64,000 nt of DNA from an uncultured Spirochaetota bacterium (lineage in GTDB: Bacteria > Spirochaetota > Spirochaetia > SZUA-6 > Fen-1364): contig CAWAHW010000004.1 in the NCBI GenBank assembly GCA_963781885.1, forward strand, positions 224,001 to 288,000, read 5' to 3'. Both the position numbers and the translations under genes were made by a program. Position 1 is the stretch's first letter. Each line of letters opens with the position of its first letter. This document shows, piece by piece, positions 1 through 9,826 of the stretch. The notes beneath the pieces were generated by a model that ran no database searches, was not told where the DNA came from, and saw only the letters and a program-made list of their open reading frames with translations.

Positions 1-1
1 C

Positions 2-1081
2 TCGATTCCCGGCTATGCCCAGTATATCCGGACAATCGGCGCGTTCCTGGGGAACGTTTCCCCGTTTCTGAGACAGATGGCATTCATTGTCGCGGCGCTC
101 GCCGTTCCCCTCCAGGAGATCCCCGGGCTTCTCAATTTGAGCGCGCAGGATCGGCCGCAGAGTCTGGAGGAAATGTTCAACCGAGCCCTGCAATCGGCCG
201 AGGAAGCGTTTGGCAGAAACGATTTCGGGCGCGCGGAAAAGGACCTCATGACGGCGCTCCAGGCGGCGAAACAGACACCAAGCCCGGATGACGACATCCT
301 GGCGATCAAACACCTGCTGCTGCTTGCTTTCAAGTCGACCGTGTCCGTGGATTCCCTGTCGCTTGCCACAAGCGTGGCAGGGAATCTGGTTGAGAGCAAC
401 CGATGCCTCGCGGAGGCGGCGCGAATCGTCCTTGCCCTTTCGGTCATCGCCAAGAGCTATGGCGTGGTCCGTGAGCTCGATGAACCACTGACACGCATCA
501 TCCTCAAGCTCCTGGAGTCGGAGCTGCCAGGAGAGATCGCGCTTCCACTCCACCTTGCGGGGGCGGAAGCCCAGCTGCGTCAGGGCAACACGGCGGAGGC
601 GGAGGATATCCTGGACAACGTGCGTGGACGTTTCACGGACGTCGACAGCCAGCTTCAGATCGCTTGCATGGATGCCTCCATTCATCGGGATAACGCTGAC
701 CGGGAAGGTGCGTCGGACATCCTGACGTGCGCGCTCCAGCACGCAGCCTCCATTGATCCGGCCCGGAGGCTCGCGGCGGTGCAGCAGCTCGTGAGCTTGT
801 GGCCTGACGGAAAGGAGGGGCTTGCAGCCTGGCTGGACGAGCTGAAATCGTTGGCAAGCACTCTGCAAGATCCCGCGCGCAGCCTCGTCCTGGTGACATC
901 GGCGGGCGCCCTGGTGAGAGACGGCAGAAATGAAGAAGCGGCCCATCTCGTCGCTTCGGTGGATCTGCCAAGGCTCGAGGAAATGACGCCGGACCCGATG
1001 AAGGACGTGATCCGCTCGATCCGTGAGCAGCTCGGCGCCCTGCTCCACCGCGGCGACCCAGGAAGGGACAAGACCATATAG
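2..1081 (+). CDS. Alpha-helical TPR-like protein, 5'-truncated by the window edge
   Basis: The frame is open from base 2 to the TAG at 1081. Ala/Leu-rich helical repeats (AEAQLRQGNTAEAEDIL; ALVRDGRNEEAAHL). Ends 9 bp before the CHAT gene. Confidence 0.6.
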   Translation, partial: SIPGYAQYIRTIGAFLGNVSPFLRQMAFIVAALAVPLQEIPGLLNLSAQDRPQSLEEMFNRALQSAEEAFGRNDFGRAEKDLMTALQAAKQTPSPDDDILAIKHLLLLAFKSTVSVDSLSLATSVAGNLVESNRCLAEAARIVLALSVIAKSYGVVRELDEPLTRIILKLLESELPGEIALPLHLAGAEAQLRQGNTAEAEDILDNVRGRFTDVDSQLQIACMDASIHRDNADREGASDILTCALQHAASIDPARRLAAVQQLVSLWPDGKEGLAAWLDELKSLASTLQDPARSLVLVTSAGALVRDGRNEEAAHLVASVDLPRLEEMTPDPMKDVIRSIREQLGALLHRGDPGRDKTI

Positions 1082-1090
1082 AGGGATACG

Positions 1091-2806
1091 ATGACCAATC
1101 CCGACACAGCGAGCGATCTTGCCAAACAGAAGCGCTACGCGGAGGCGGGCGCGGACGCACGCAAACGTGCCGTGGCCATGGAGCGTCGGGATCCTTACTC
1201 GCGATACGTCTACGAGGCATGGGGCGCGGCGGGGACATGCATGCAGCTGGCCGGAGACCACGTCGCCGCCATGGCTGCGTTCGATAAATGCCTGGGCGCT
1301 TTTGATCGGGTTCTTCAGGGGCAGGCGAATATCCAGTACATGATGAACCACGTGGCGAACTGGCCCGAGATGTTCGCCCGCGCCGCGTTTTCAGCGCTCG
1401 ACGCGGGACTGCCGGAGAAGGCGCTGGAATACGCGGAAGAAGGGAGAGCCCGGCTTGTCGGCACGGTGATCGCAGCCCCTCCCGCACCGCCGAGCGTCAA
1501 CCAGGATGAATGGAATGCTTACATCGCCGCGTGGCGGCGCCTCGCGTCGCGGTTGTCCGGACAGCGCGTCGGAAGTCAATCAGGTGAGATGGCCGAGCTC
1601 ATGAGCGATGTCCACGACCGCCGCAGGCAACTTGTAGCGTCCGGCGTGAAGGCGGACAGCCTGAAGCTGGTCTGCCCCATCGCCCGCGCGGCGGACGTCA
1701 TGGCGCGTCTCAAAAGCCAGGGTGCCGCCTCCCCCACCGTCGTCTACGCGGTGACTCTTGGCGACCGCGACATGCGTCTGGTGGCTCTATCGCGAAACGG
1801 CATTTTTGAAGTCCCAATTCCCGAGGACCGGCAAAGGCTCGTGCTCCAGGCGGCCATTTGCCTGAAGCGCGGTCTTGCCGAGGACCCGGGCGCCGACACG
1901 ATCGACGACGAGTTGGGCGCGTTCCTGGAAGCGGCGGGAGAACCGTTCGCCGATTCCTTGCGCCAGGCGCTTCAGGGCAACGCGTCAGGAAGCATCATCT
2001 GGGTGCCGCACGGTGTGCTTGTCTGCGTTCCCCTGGGCGCCTTGCCATGGCAGAACGGTGTTCTGGCGGACATGGTATCGGTGCGTGTCGCCTCTTCCCT
2101 GGCCCTTGCCTGCGGAGCCCTGGACAGCAGCAGACAGGAAAAAGCTCGATCTGCCTACGTGGAGGGAAGATCCGATGCCGGGGACGCAGCGACCAAGGGC
2201 GGAGAGACGCTTTTTCCCATGGCACTCGGCGCGCAGCCGCAGCCGAATCGTCCGGCCAGCATGGACGAGCTTCGCGTAGCGATGGCCGGTCGAACTCTCG
2301 CCCTGTTCTCATGCCATGGGGTGCTCCGCCGTCTCGATCCGGTCGCCTCCTTCCTCAAGCTCGGGTTCGATTGTACCGTTGAGCAGATCCTGGCAGGGAA
2401 CGTCGTCGCTCCCCGGAGCCTTCTCGTCCTCAGCACATGCAACGCGGGAACCGTGATGCAGGATGCAGTCAACGAGCCGGTGGGAATCCCCGTCGCCTTG
2501 ATGGCAAGCGGGGGATTCGCGGTGGTCGGTCCTTCCCAACCGGTGCGGAGCATTGCAGGGGTCACTTTCTGTCTCCTGTTCCTGCGCGCGCTCGGTGAAG
2601 GGAAGCCGTCACCGGAGGCGGTCCAGCACGCCACTGCGGAGATGCGCCGCTTGAAGCGCGGGGAGCTTGCGGATCTGCTGTTGGCTGCCGGCCATCCCTA
2701 TGCCGGGGTGATCCAATCGGACCTGGGCAGACCCGCGTTCCGCCAGCGCGCAGACTGGGCTTTCTTCACGCACTGGGGTGGCAGCTGGGAGTTGGAACGC
2801 GTTTGA
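1091..2806 (+). CDS. TPR + CHAT domain (caspase-like) protease
   Basis: N-terminal TPR-like helices (ALEYAEEGRAR). CHAT motifs WVPHGVL..VPLGAL, catalytic His (FSCHG), catalytic Cys (VLSTCNAG) and C-terminal DWAFFTHWG. RBS GAGGG. Confidence 0.85.
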   Translation: MTNPDTASDLAKQKRYAEAGADARKRAVAMERRDPYSRYVYEAWGAAGTCMQLAGDHVAAMAAFDKCLGAFDRVLQGQANIQYMMNHVANWPEMFARAAFSALDAGLPEKALEYAEEGRARLVGTVIAAPPAPPSVNQDEWNAYIAAWRRLASRLSGQRVGSQSGEMAELMSDVHDRRRQLVASGVKADSLKLVCPIARAADVMARLKSQGAASPTVVYAVTLGDRDMRLVALSRNGIFEVPIPEDRQRLVLQAAICLKRGLAEDPGADTIDDELGAFLEAAGEPFADSLRQALQGNASGSIIWVPHGVLVCVPLGALPWQNGVLADMVSVRVASSLALACGALDSSRQEKARSAYVEGRSDAGDAATKGGETLFPMALGAQPQPNRPASMDELRVAMAGRTLALFSCHGVLRRLDPVASFLKLGFDCTVEQILAGNVVAPRSLLVLSTCNAGTVMQDAVNEPVGIPVALMASGGFAVVGPSQPVRSIAGVTFCLLFLRALGEGKPSPEAVQHATAEMRRLKRGELADLLLAAGHPYAGVIQSDLGRPAFRQRADWAFFTHWGGSWELERV

Positions 2807-2881
2807 TTCAAGAGTCGCGCTCAGGTCCGCCGCCTGCGGGCAGGACCTTGCAGGACCAACTCACCGTTGCGTTTCCCCTGG

Positions 2882-2910
2882 TTGACGATGATGCAGCTTC
2901 CCTGTATATT
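2882..2910 (+). promoter_or_regulatory. sigma70-type promoter for trxA
   Basis: TTGACG-N17-TATATT followed by an AT-rich tract and a GGAGG RBS. Confidence 0.6.
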
Positions 2911-2973
2911 TCTATATAGTATTTTTTATATATTGTCCTATCAAGATACATATCGGGACAATGGAGGAACGCA

Positions 2974-3330
2974 ATGAGCGAACATCTGACAAAAGAGACT
3001 TTCACGGAGAAGGTCTTCGACTATGAGAAGAACAGCGAATGGAAGTTCGCGGGAGAGGTTCCCGCCATCGTCGACTTTTGGGCGGAATGGTGCGGCCCCT
3101 GCAAGATGATCTCCCCCGCGCTGGAAGAGATATCGAAGGAATATGCGGGAAAGCTGAACGTGTACAAGGTCAACGTGGACGAGGAAACGGACGTCGCCTC
3201 GGCGTTCGGCATCCAGAGCATCCCCAGCCTGCTCTTCATCCCGATGAACGAAAAGCCCCGCATGGCCGCGGGGGCCGTTCCCAAGGCAAGCCTCGTGAAG
3301 ATGGTGAAGGACGTGCTGAAGGTCGAGTAG
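2974..3330 (+). CDS. trxA: Thioredoxin
   Basis: VDFWAEWCGPC active site; GIQSIPSL; strong RBS. Confidence 0.95.
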   Translation: MSEHLTKETFTEKVFDYEKNSEWKFAGEVPAIVDFWAEWCGPCKMISPALEEISKEYAGKLNVYKVNVDEETDVASAFGIQSIPSLLFIPMNEKPRMAAGAVPKASLVKMVKDVLKVE

Positions 3331-3352
3331 CCGACCCTCCCGCCGTTTCTTT

Positions 3353-5125
3353 TTATTCCCCTCGTTTTCCCTTGACGATGGGCGGAGACGGCAGGCAGGC
3401 CTCATCGGCAGCGCGCGCGACGTCCGACAATATGTAGGGCTTGCGCAGGAGTGCGCGGAAGCCCCTGGCCAGGTACGTGCCAGGGGCCAGATCGGTGGAA
3501 TAGCCGCTCGATACGATGGCCCTGACGTTCGGGTCCAATCGACGCAGAAGCCCAAGGCACTCCTCGCCTCCGATTCCGCCGGGAATAGTCAAGTCCATGA
3601 TGACGAAGCTGTAGGGCTCGCCGCTGTTGAGAGCCGCGGCATAGGCGCGCTCGGCTTCTGCTCCATCGTTAACAAGGTCCACGACATAGCCCAGGTGCTC
3701 CAGCATGCGACGCAGCAGGCGCTGCACCCCGTCATCGTCATCCATGACGAGGACGCGCCCCGCGCGCGTCGTTCCGCTCTTTGCGACTTCCGGGTGCGGT
3801 TGCTGCGGACGGAGGTCCGGGCGGGCCGGAAGAAACACGGTGAAGGTGGTGCCCTTGCCGGGATCTGAGCGGCAGTCGATGCTCCCGTGATGATTCCTGA
3901 CAACGGAATAACAGATCGACAGGCCCAGCCCGGTCCCGCCCGGCTTGGTGGAGAAAAAAGGCTCAAATATCTTGTCGATGTGCTCAGGAGCGATGCCGAT
4001 TCCCTGGTCGCGCACGGAAATTTCCACGTACGGACCGGCGGCCAGGCCATGATGCGGTTCGGCATCCCCCATTCTATTTGCCGCCGACAGGGTCACCACG
4101 CCCCCCCGGGGCATGGACTCAGCGGCGTTCAGCGCCAGGTTCTGGATGATCTGGCCGATCTGGCTCGCATCGGCTTCGATGGGCCAGAGATCCGGTGCCA
4201 GACAGAGCTCTGCGCGGCACTTGCTCCCCCGCAGGGTCATGACGGCGGTCTCCCGGATCAATTCAGCCGCCGATACCAGTGTCATGCCCTGGGGACTGCC
4301 CTTGGAAAGCATCAAGAGCTGCCGAGTCAGATCCCGGGCCCGCCCGGCGGCAGACTGGGCGTCCACCAGCATGGGCTGGACGGGATCGGTCGCGCCAAGG
4401 TCGCTCCTCACGAGATCGAGATTGCCGATCAGGGAAACCAGGATGTTGTTGAAATCATGGGCAATCCCCCCGGCCAGGATCCGGGCGGATGCAAGCCGCT
4501 CCTCTGCCACGAGGTGTTCCTGGGTCTTTTTCAGGATCTCAGCCTGCTGCGCCTCCTTCTTGATCGCGCCGATGAGCACTTGAGACACTGCCAGAGCCAC
4601 CAGGTACGTGACAATCAGAAGGGGAAGCAAAACCGTCACGGTATTGGCAAAGTACAGGCCGGTTGCCGGGTCTATTGCCTGGCTCCATGAAAAGATTCCC
4701 AAAAAGGCGCATGTGACGACGAACCCGAGATGCACCACGAACAGGACTGTCGTGAACAACGGGCTTGTCAGAAAAGCAGCGACGAGCAGGACCAGGGGCA
4801 GGAAGCTCGCGTTCAGGGTGGATCGGATGAGGACGGCGCGGTAGCCGACCAGGACGGTGAGCATCAGCACCAGAAGAATGGCAGCCGCCTGTTCTTTTTT
4901 CAGAAAAATCATGAGGGCACTGAGGGCGGCAGCGCATGTCACGGCCAGGGCAAAGGCAAGGAAGGAACCATGACTCAGGAGGGCATAGACCGACATTACG
5001 ACGCCTACTGCCAGTGCGGCGTACGTGAACCATTTCAGGACAAGCGGCCGAAACGATAGTGCCCCGGCTGCCGGGGAATCGCCGGGACTGTCTTTCCGCC
5101 GGAACCAGGGCAGCCTTGGGATCAT
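3353..5125 (-). CDS. Membrane-bound hybrid sensor histidine kinase/response regulator
   Basis: Multiple N-terminal TM helices; H-box GIAHDFNNIL; N, G1, F and G2 boxes (DQGIGI, FEPFFSTK, GTGLGL); C-terminal receiver (VMDDD, MDLTIPG, KPY). Start codon approximate. Confidence 0.9.
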   Translation of the reverse strand: MIPRLPWFRRKDSPGDSPAAGALSFRPLVLKWFTYAALAVGVVMSVYALLSHGSFLAFALAVTCAAALSALMIFLKKEQAAAILLVLMLTVLVGYRAVLIRSTLNASFLPLVLLVAAFLTSPLFTTVLFVVHLGFVVTCAFLGIFSWSQAIDPATGLYFANTVTVLLPLLIVTYLVALAVSQVLIGAIKKEAQQAEILKKTQEHLVAEERLASARILAGGIAHDFNNILVSLIGNLDLVRSDLGATDPVQPMLVDAQSAAGRARDLTRQLLMLSKGSPQGMTLVSAAELIRETAVMTLRGSKCRAELCLAPDLWPIEADASQIGQIIQNLALNAAESMPRGGVVTLSAANRMGDAEPHHGLAAGPYVEISVRDQGIGIAPEHIDKIFEPFFSTKPGGTGLGLSICYSVVRNHHGSIDCRSDPGKGTTFTVFLPARPDLRPQQPHPEVAKSGTTRAGRVLVMDDDDGVQRLLRRMLEHLGYVVDLVNDGAEAERAYAAALNSGEPYSFVIMDLTIPGGIGGEECLGLLRRLDPNVRAIVSSGYSTDLAPGTYLARGFRALLRKPYILSDVARAADEACLPSPPIVKGKRGE

Positions 5126-5225
5126 TCGCCCATAGTTCCGCAAGCCCGTTGCGCCGTCAAGATGCCCTCCGGTTGCTGTCGTGCGACGCCCGGACCGGCG
5201 CCTGTTCGACGAGATCCTCAGCGCT

Positions 5226-5470
5226 TCACTCAGGTTGCCAGAAAGGCCTGACCTCGATCCTGCCGAAACGGGCCATGGAATGCTTTGCCGCGACTTCCAG
5301 CGCTTCTTCACGGCTTGCGCATTCAATCAGGTCGAAGCCGGCGATCTGCTCCTTGGTCTCGGCAAAGGGTCCATCCGTCACCGTCACCTTGCCGTTTCGC
5401 CTGCGAACGGTGACGGCCTGGTCCGCCCCGCCCAGCCGATTGCCCATGATACGGATACCCTTGCCGGAAA
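5226..5470 (-). pseudogene. YciI/DGPF-family protein, 5'-truncated remnant
   Basis: DGPFAETKEQIAGF...IEVRP signature is present but the N-terminal part of the family fold is missing. Directly preceded by a terminator-like hairpin. Confidence 0.7.
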
Positions 5471-5599
5471 GAAAACAGGCCCGCAACACGTGCGGCCCGC
5501 CTGCTCAGGCCGCCATTCTCTTGTCGCTCGGTGACGGCTGAAATCGACATCTTGTTGACAAAGAAGCTGGGTGTACTGAACTTCAAGAGGGAGGCTGAA

Positions 5600-5914
5600 A
5601 TGGCGGACTACACATTTGATGGGAGACGGCTGGCAAAAAAAAGCTCGGGGCAGAAGCTCGCGGAGATCGACAGGGACACCATACGATCCTACAACGGCGC
5701 GTTATTCGGCCAGGTGGAGAGCAAGAACCTTCGGGACTCGCACGGCAAGAAGGTCGGGGAGTTCGATGGCAAGGACGTCAAGGATGACAAGGGAAAGAAG
5801 GTCATCAGCATCAAGGACATACAGAACATCATTGAAGGAAAGCCGGACATCAACATGGCCGCCATGTGGTTCTTTTTTGTGAAAGACCGCAAGGACCACG
5901 CCGGCGTGCTGTAA
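5600..5914 (+). CDS. Small hypothetical protein with short beta-hairpin repeats (beta-flower-like)
   Basis: RBS GGAGG plus ATG at 5600. Repeating units (RSYNGALFGQ, RDSHGKKVGE, KDDKGKKVIS). Confidence 0.7.
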   Translation: MADYTFDGRRLAKKSSGQKLAEIDRDTIRSYNGALFGQVESKNLRDSHGKKVGEFDGKDVKDDKGKKVISIKDIQNIIEGKPDINMAAMWFFFVKDRKDHAGVL

Positions 5915-5980
5915 CGGCGCGCCTTTCTTGTCATCCGCATCGAGGACGGCGAAAAAGGCCGAGGTCAAGCGCTGATTTCT

Positions 5981-6691
5981 CTACCTCACGATGAGCTTCG
6001 TGCGCTGGAAGCGCAGGAGCGTGAGTGAAAGCAGCACGACGTCCACCACGGCCACGACCCCGGCCACCATCAGCAGCACCTGGTCGGTCGTGAAGGCATG
6101 GAAAAGCCCTTTTGGCAGCAGCTGGAGCAGTCCGATCAGCGCGCCGCCCAGCAGGACCGTGCCGATGGTGAGTGCCTGCTGCACCTGGCGCACCGTGGAC
6201 ATGCGGAGCGACAGCAGCACGCCCGCGGTGGCACCGAACGCGCCCACGAGCAGGCCCAGCAGCAGCGTCAATACCAGCATATCGATTGGATAGAACAGGA
6301 AGTGCCCCTGTCCATACGCCAGGCTGCAGACAGCCGCGCCCACGAAAAGGCCGACAACCAGCACGCCCCAGCCGTAGAGCACGACGATCGCCACCTTCCC
6401 CATCAGGATGGAGCGGTCGGATACGCGGCTCGCCAGCAGCGTCTCCAGGGTGTGCCGTTCGCGCTCGCCCGCGAAGGAGTCGGCAACGATGGACAGGATG
6501 ACGAAAAACGCGACCCAGAGGACCACCACCATTTGGATCGGGCTCAGGCTCAACCAGGCAGTTTTGCCCGCGAGCGGCCAGGCGACCCCCACGATGCCGA
6601 TCAGAATGGCCGGGCGAATCCATGCCCGCACGCCGCCCTGGAAGAGCGAGTCTTTCCATTCCTTCCACATGATCGTGAACATGTCGCTCAT
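5981..6691 (-). CDS. ABC-2 type transporter permease
   Basis: [18 protein letters not shown] motif, about 6 TM helices; overlaps the ATPase stop codon. Confidence 0.9.
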   Translation of the reverse strand: MSDMFTIMWKEWKDSLFQGGVRAWIRPAILIGIVGVAWPLAGKTAWLSLSPIQMVVVLWVAFFVILSIVADSFAGERERHTLETLLASRVSDRSILMGKVAIVVLYGWGVLVVGLFVGAAVCSLAYGQGHFLFYPIDMLVLTLLLGLLVGAFGATAGVLLSLRMSTVRQVQQALTIGTVLLGGALIGLLQLLPKGLFHAFTTDQVLLMVAGVVAVVDVVLLSLTLLRFQRTKLIVR

Positions 6692-7623
6692 GAGTGCTCT
6701 TCCTCCATCAGCGTGAGGAATACATCCTCCAGGCTTGCCGCGCCCTTGCGCACTTCTTCCACCAGGCCTCCCTGCTGCACGATCAAGGTCACCAGGGGGG
6801 CAACCTCGCCGCTGCCGCGCAGGCCAAGGGCCAGGTGCCCATCGCGAAGCTCGACGCTTGCGACGTCCGGCCTCTGGCGCAGCAGGGCCATGAGGCCGTC
6901 CGTGAAGCCGCGCCCCGTGATCTCCGCCCGCGGCGCCCCCTGCTTGTGCCGCAATTCATCGGGACTTCCAAGGGCCAGCAATTTCCCCTGCCGGACAACG
7001 CCCACCACCGCGCAGAGCCGCTCCGCCTCGGCCAGGTTGTGGGTATTGAGGAAGACCGTCGTCCCTTCATGCTTCACCAGCGCCGCCAGGTCATCCCGCA
7101 GCGCCGCGGCCGCGACAGGATCCAGGCCGGATGTCGGCTCATCGAGAAAGACAAGCCTGGGGCGATGCAGCAGCGCGCGGGCCACTGCCAGCTTCTGCTT
7201 CATTCCCCTGCTCCAGGTCCCCACCTGGTCCCTGCGGCGATCCCACAGGTCCAGGTGCATCATAAGCTCTTTCGTTCGCGCGCGGCGCTCCGACGCCGGC
7301 AGATGGTAGATCCGGCCGTAGAAGTCGAGATTGTCCTCCGCGCTCATCCGCTCGTAGAGACCGCTGAACTCCAGGAGCGACCCCGTGCGGGCTCGTACCT
7401 GGTCCGCGTGCGTGCGGCAGTCGAAGCCAAGCACTGTTGCCTGGCCGACATTTGCTTCCAGCAGGCCAAGCAGGAGGTGGATGGTGGTTGTCTTCCCTGC
7501 CCCGTTCGGTCCCAGGAATCCGAACACCGTGCCGGCGGGCACTTCCAGGGACAGGTCGTCCACGGCACGGACGCTTCCAAAGGAGCGCGAAAGGTGCTCG
7601 GTGCGAATCGCAAGATCAGGCAT
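6688..7623 (-). CDS. ABC transporter ATP-binding protein
   Basis: Walker [10 protein letters not shown], signature WSRGMKQ, Walker [12 protein letters not shown]. Start at MPDLAIRTE. Confidence 0.93.
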   Translation of the reverse strand: MPDLAIRTEHLSRSFGSVRAVDDLSLEVPAGTVFGFLGPNGAGKTTTIHLLLGLLEANVGQATVLGFDCRTHADQVRARTGSLLEFSGLYERMSAEDNLDFYGRIYHLPASERRARTKELMMHLDLWDRRRDQVGTWSRGMKQKLAVARALLHRPRLVFLDEPTSGLDPVAAAALRDDLAALVKHEGTTVFLNTHNLAEAERLCAVVGVVRQGKLLALGSPDELRHKQGAPRAEITGRGFTDGLMALLRQRPDVASVELRDGHLALGLRGSGEVAPLVTLIVQQGGLVEEVRKGAASLEDVFLTLMEEEHS

Positions 7624-7627
7624 GGTA

Positions 7628-8104
7628 TTAGTGTACGGCCTTCGGCCCCTTCGCGCCATATTGGCTCTTAAGGCCAGGCGCGACCGAAGATGGCTGCCGC
7701 GATGGATCCCAGACGGCCAGCTCGGAAAAGTAGTCTCGCAAAAAGCCCCGATCCCTGGCGAGCAACCGGTCGGCATGCTCGATCGCGTGAGCGCCGATGA
7801 GGAAATCGGGCAGCACCCTGCCCTCCTGCCGCTTTTTTCGCCCAAGCATCTGCCGGAGCATCTCGCCCGCCCGGATCGAGCTGCGGAGGGTCGATGGCAT
7901 GAACTCCAGTCCCCAGTCTCCGAGAAACTCATCGAAGATCTCATTGGATTCAAACGCCGGTCGGATTTCCGCAATCACGCACTCACTGACAATGAGCCGA
8001 CCCTCCCGCGACGCTTTTCGAAGTGCCGCCAGGCTTGCGGATGCGCTGCCTGGATCCCCCGTCAGGATATCCAGGATCACCGAGCTATCCACCGCGGTGA
8101 TCAT
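7628..8104 (-). CDS. vapC: PIN-domain (VapC-type) toxin
   Basis: MITAVDSSVILD...E...PDFLIGAHA...ARDRGF acidic PIN residues. ATGA overlap with the antitoxin. Confidence 0.88.
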   Translation of the reverse strand: MITAVDSSVILDILTGDPGSASASLAALRKASREGRLIVSECVIAEIRPAFESNEIFDEFLGDWGLEFMPSTLRSSIRAGEMLRQMLGRKKRQEGRVLPDFLIGAHAIEHADRLLARDRGFLRDYFSELAVWDPSRQPSSVAPGLKSQYGAKGPKAVH

Positions 8105-8322
8105 CCGCGTACCCGCTGCAGATAATCGTCCACCGAATGCCCGCCGGGAATGCGCCCCTTGCCAAGCCATTTGCCGATGCGGTCATCCTGCTCCTTCTTT
8201 ACGCCGATCAGTCGTCCTTCCACAGCGTCGAAATCCAGCACTGTGCCGGGCCGCAGACCCAGCTTGTCCCGCAGCGCCTTCGGAATTGTCACCTGGCCCT
8301 TTTCCGACATCGTCGTTTTCAT
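8101..8322 (-). CDS. AbrB/MazE/SpoVT-family antitoxin
   Basis: SEKGQVTIPKALRDKLGLRPG motif; directly upstream of the PIN toxin. Confidence 0.9.
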   Translation of the reverse strand: MKTTMSEKGQVTIPKALRDKLGLRPGTVLDFDAVEGRLIGVKKEQDDRIGKWLGKGRIPGGHSVDDYLQRVRG

Positions 8323-8579
8323 ACCACTAGAGTAGGAATTCCTACCAGGAACGTCAAGATTTTCGCATCCACGCTTGGACCAATGATGGCTATTTAATCC
8401 CCAGCGCGTCGTCGAGCGCTTTGCAAGAAGAGCGCTTCTTGGAAAACGCGTAGCGAGCAGAGGCATGGAATTTGCCGGCGCGTGATGTTCTTGGCGGCGC
8501 GACCATAGGATTCATACCTGTCCGAATTCCGCCAGAACCGATGTGAGCTGAGGGGTTTGCGAAGCCGGTTCTCAGGCCC

Positions 8580-9482
8580 TCAGCTCGCCTGCTGCCACCG
8601 ATCGAAGCGGCTTGCAAGTCGTTCGGGATCCGGGCGATCCGCCGCCTTGGCGGGAAGGATGATCCGCGTCCCATCCAGCTCCTGGAGGCCATGACGGAGC
8701 ATGGGACCGTCGTGTTCTTCCAGGATCTTCCTGCTGATACGTACTTCGTAGTCCGGGCTGATTCCCATGATATCAGAATCAAATGCAGCATGATGAATTT
8801 TGCAGAGGGAGAGCCCGTTCTGCACGATCGGGGTGCCTCGAACATCGTTGTCCGCAATGATATGGGCGGCGTCGAGGAGCTCATTGTGGCCCAGCCGACA
8901 GACCGTGCATCTGCAGTTGTAGGCGGTGATGACGATGTCGCGGAAAGCGCCTTGGTGAAGACGTTGCCGTGTCTGCGTCCACGCGTAGCGACGCAAATCC
9001 AGAGGAGAAAGGTCAATCGCGGCGGGATCTGCGTCTGGACGAAGGTCGGCGTAGGCCGGATCCATTGCAGCTCTGACGAGAAGTGACTCCGGTTGGTCTT
9101 CGAGGATAATGACCGGCCAGATCGCCTGGTAGTTGTGCTGCCGCACCTCCCTGAAGTAGACCAACGGCGTTCGAGTCCGGCAGGCCTCTCGAAGGCCACG
9201 GTTGTCCCGGTGATTTGGATCGATTCCCCGATAGGCGTATGTCAGGAGTCCATCATCAGCGATGTCATCCAGCCGGTAGGGACCGTTGAGGGCAGTGGTG
9301 ATGGAGAGAGGGACTGTAAAGCCTTGCGGAAACCAGATACCCGACGCGCCCTTCAACGTGATTCGCCGACCCTGATATATGAATCCTTCGTTGAGCTCTG
9401 CACCTGGAAGAATGCCGCCGTTTGCAGCTCCTCTTTCGCGAAGCCAGCTGAAGACGGCCAGACGGATATCGAGTTCCGGCAC
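8580..9482 (-). CDS. HNH endonuclease with an N-terminal SRA/PUA-like domain (probable restriction nuclease)
   Basis: C-terminal HQGAFR..AY..RCTVC..LDAAHI..NGLSLCKIHHAAFD motif. N-terminal GIW..LSITT..GPY..YAYRG..DN..LR..PLVYF. GTG start after an AGAGG RBS. Confidence 0.85.
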   Translation of the reverse strand: MPELDIRLAVFSWLRERGAANGGILPGAELNEGFIYQGRRITLKGASGIWFPQGFTVPLSITTALNGPYRLDDIADDGLLTYAYRGIDPNHRDNRGLREACRTRTPLVYFREVRQHNYQAIWPVIILEDQPESLLVRAAMDPAYADLRPDADPAAIDLSPLDLRRYAWTQTRQRLHQGAFRDIVITAYNCRCTVCRLGHNELLDAAHIIADNDVRGTPIVQNGLSLCKIHHAAFDSDIMGISPDYEVRISRKILEEHDGPMLRHGLQELDGTRIILPAKAADRPDPERLASRFDRWQQAS

Positions 9483-9583
9483 TTTGCGACCTCTTTGATT
9501 CTTGTAGCGCGAATGGCAGCCGTGCGGCAAGTCACACGAGACTTCGCCGGAACTACGGTAACCTCCGCGTGAGCGGGCGCAGG

Positions 9584-9663
9584 CCGGCGCGCGACCGAAT
9601 AGGGAGCGCGCATTCCGAAGGCGGTCCGAGCCCGACGTGCGACCGAGTAGGGAGCGCGTATTC
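9584..9663. repeat. Two 32-bp imperfect direct repeats with a 48-bp period
   Basis: CCGGCGCGCGACCGAATAGGGAGCGCGCATTC (9584-9615) versus CCGACGTGCGACCGAGTAGGGAGCGCGTATTC (9632-9663); 4 mismatches, all transitions. Confidence 0.85.
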
Positions 9664-9688
9664 ACGAGAACGGAACCCCCGCAGCACG

Positions 9689-9755
9689 CGACCCGCCCGC
9701 CGCGCGAAACGGGCCTCGTCGCGGTCAGGAAACGGCCGTCGGGCGGGGCACGCCC
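9689..9755. repeat. GC-rich REP-like hairpin element
   Basis: CGACCCGCCCGCCG ... CGTCGGGCGGGGCACGCCC; related arms occur at 12728-12793 and 15392-15407. Confidence 0.55.
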
Positions 9756-9766
9756 AATTCCCCAGT

Positions 9767-9789
9767 ATAGAAGGGAGAGCCCCTTCTAT
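9767..9789. terminator. Hairpin downstream of the phd-relE operon (terminator or operator)
   Basis: Perfect 9-bp stem ATAGAAGGG-AGAGC-CCCTTCTAT; no clear U-tract. Confidence 0.45.
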
Positions 9790-9826
9790 CTCTAGTTTGG
9801 CTCATTCCTCATATGCCTGAAAGCCG

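Noticed and set aside
8390-8520. Short minus-strand ORF ending KALDDALGIK between vapBC and the HNH gene
   Set aside because: About 41 codons with no recognisable motif; cannot be supported as a gene.
9584-9710. Possible mini-CRISPR array next to the HNH nuclease
   Set aside because: Only two copies, a 16-bp gap, a very weak third copy and no cas genes. Kept only as a direct repeat.
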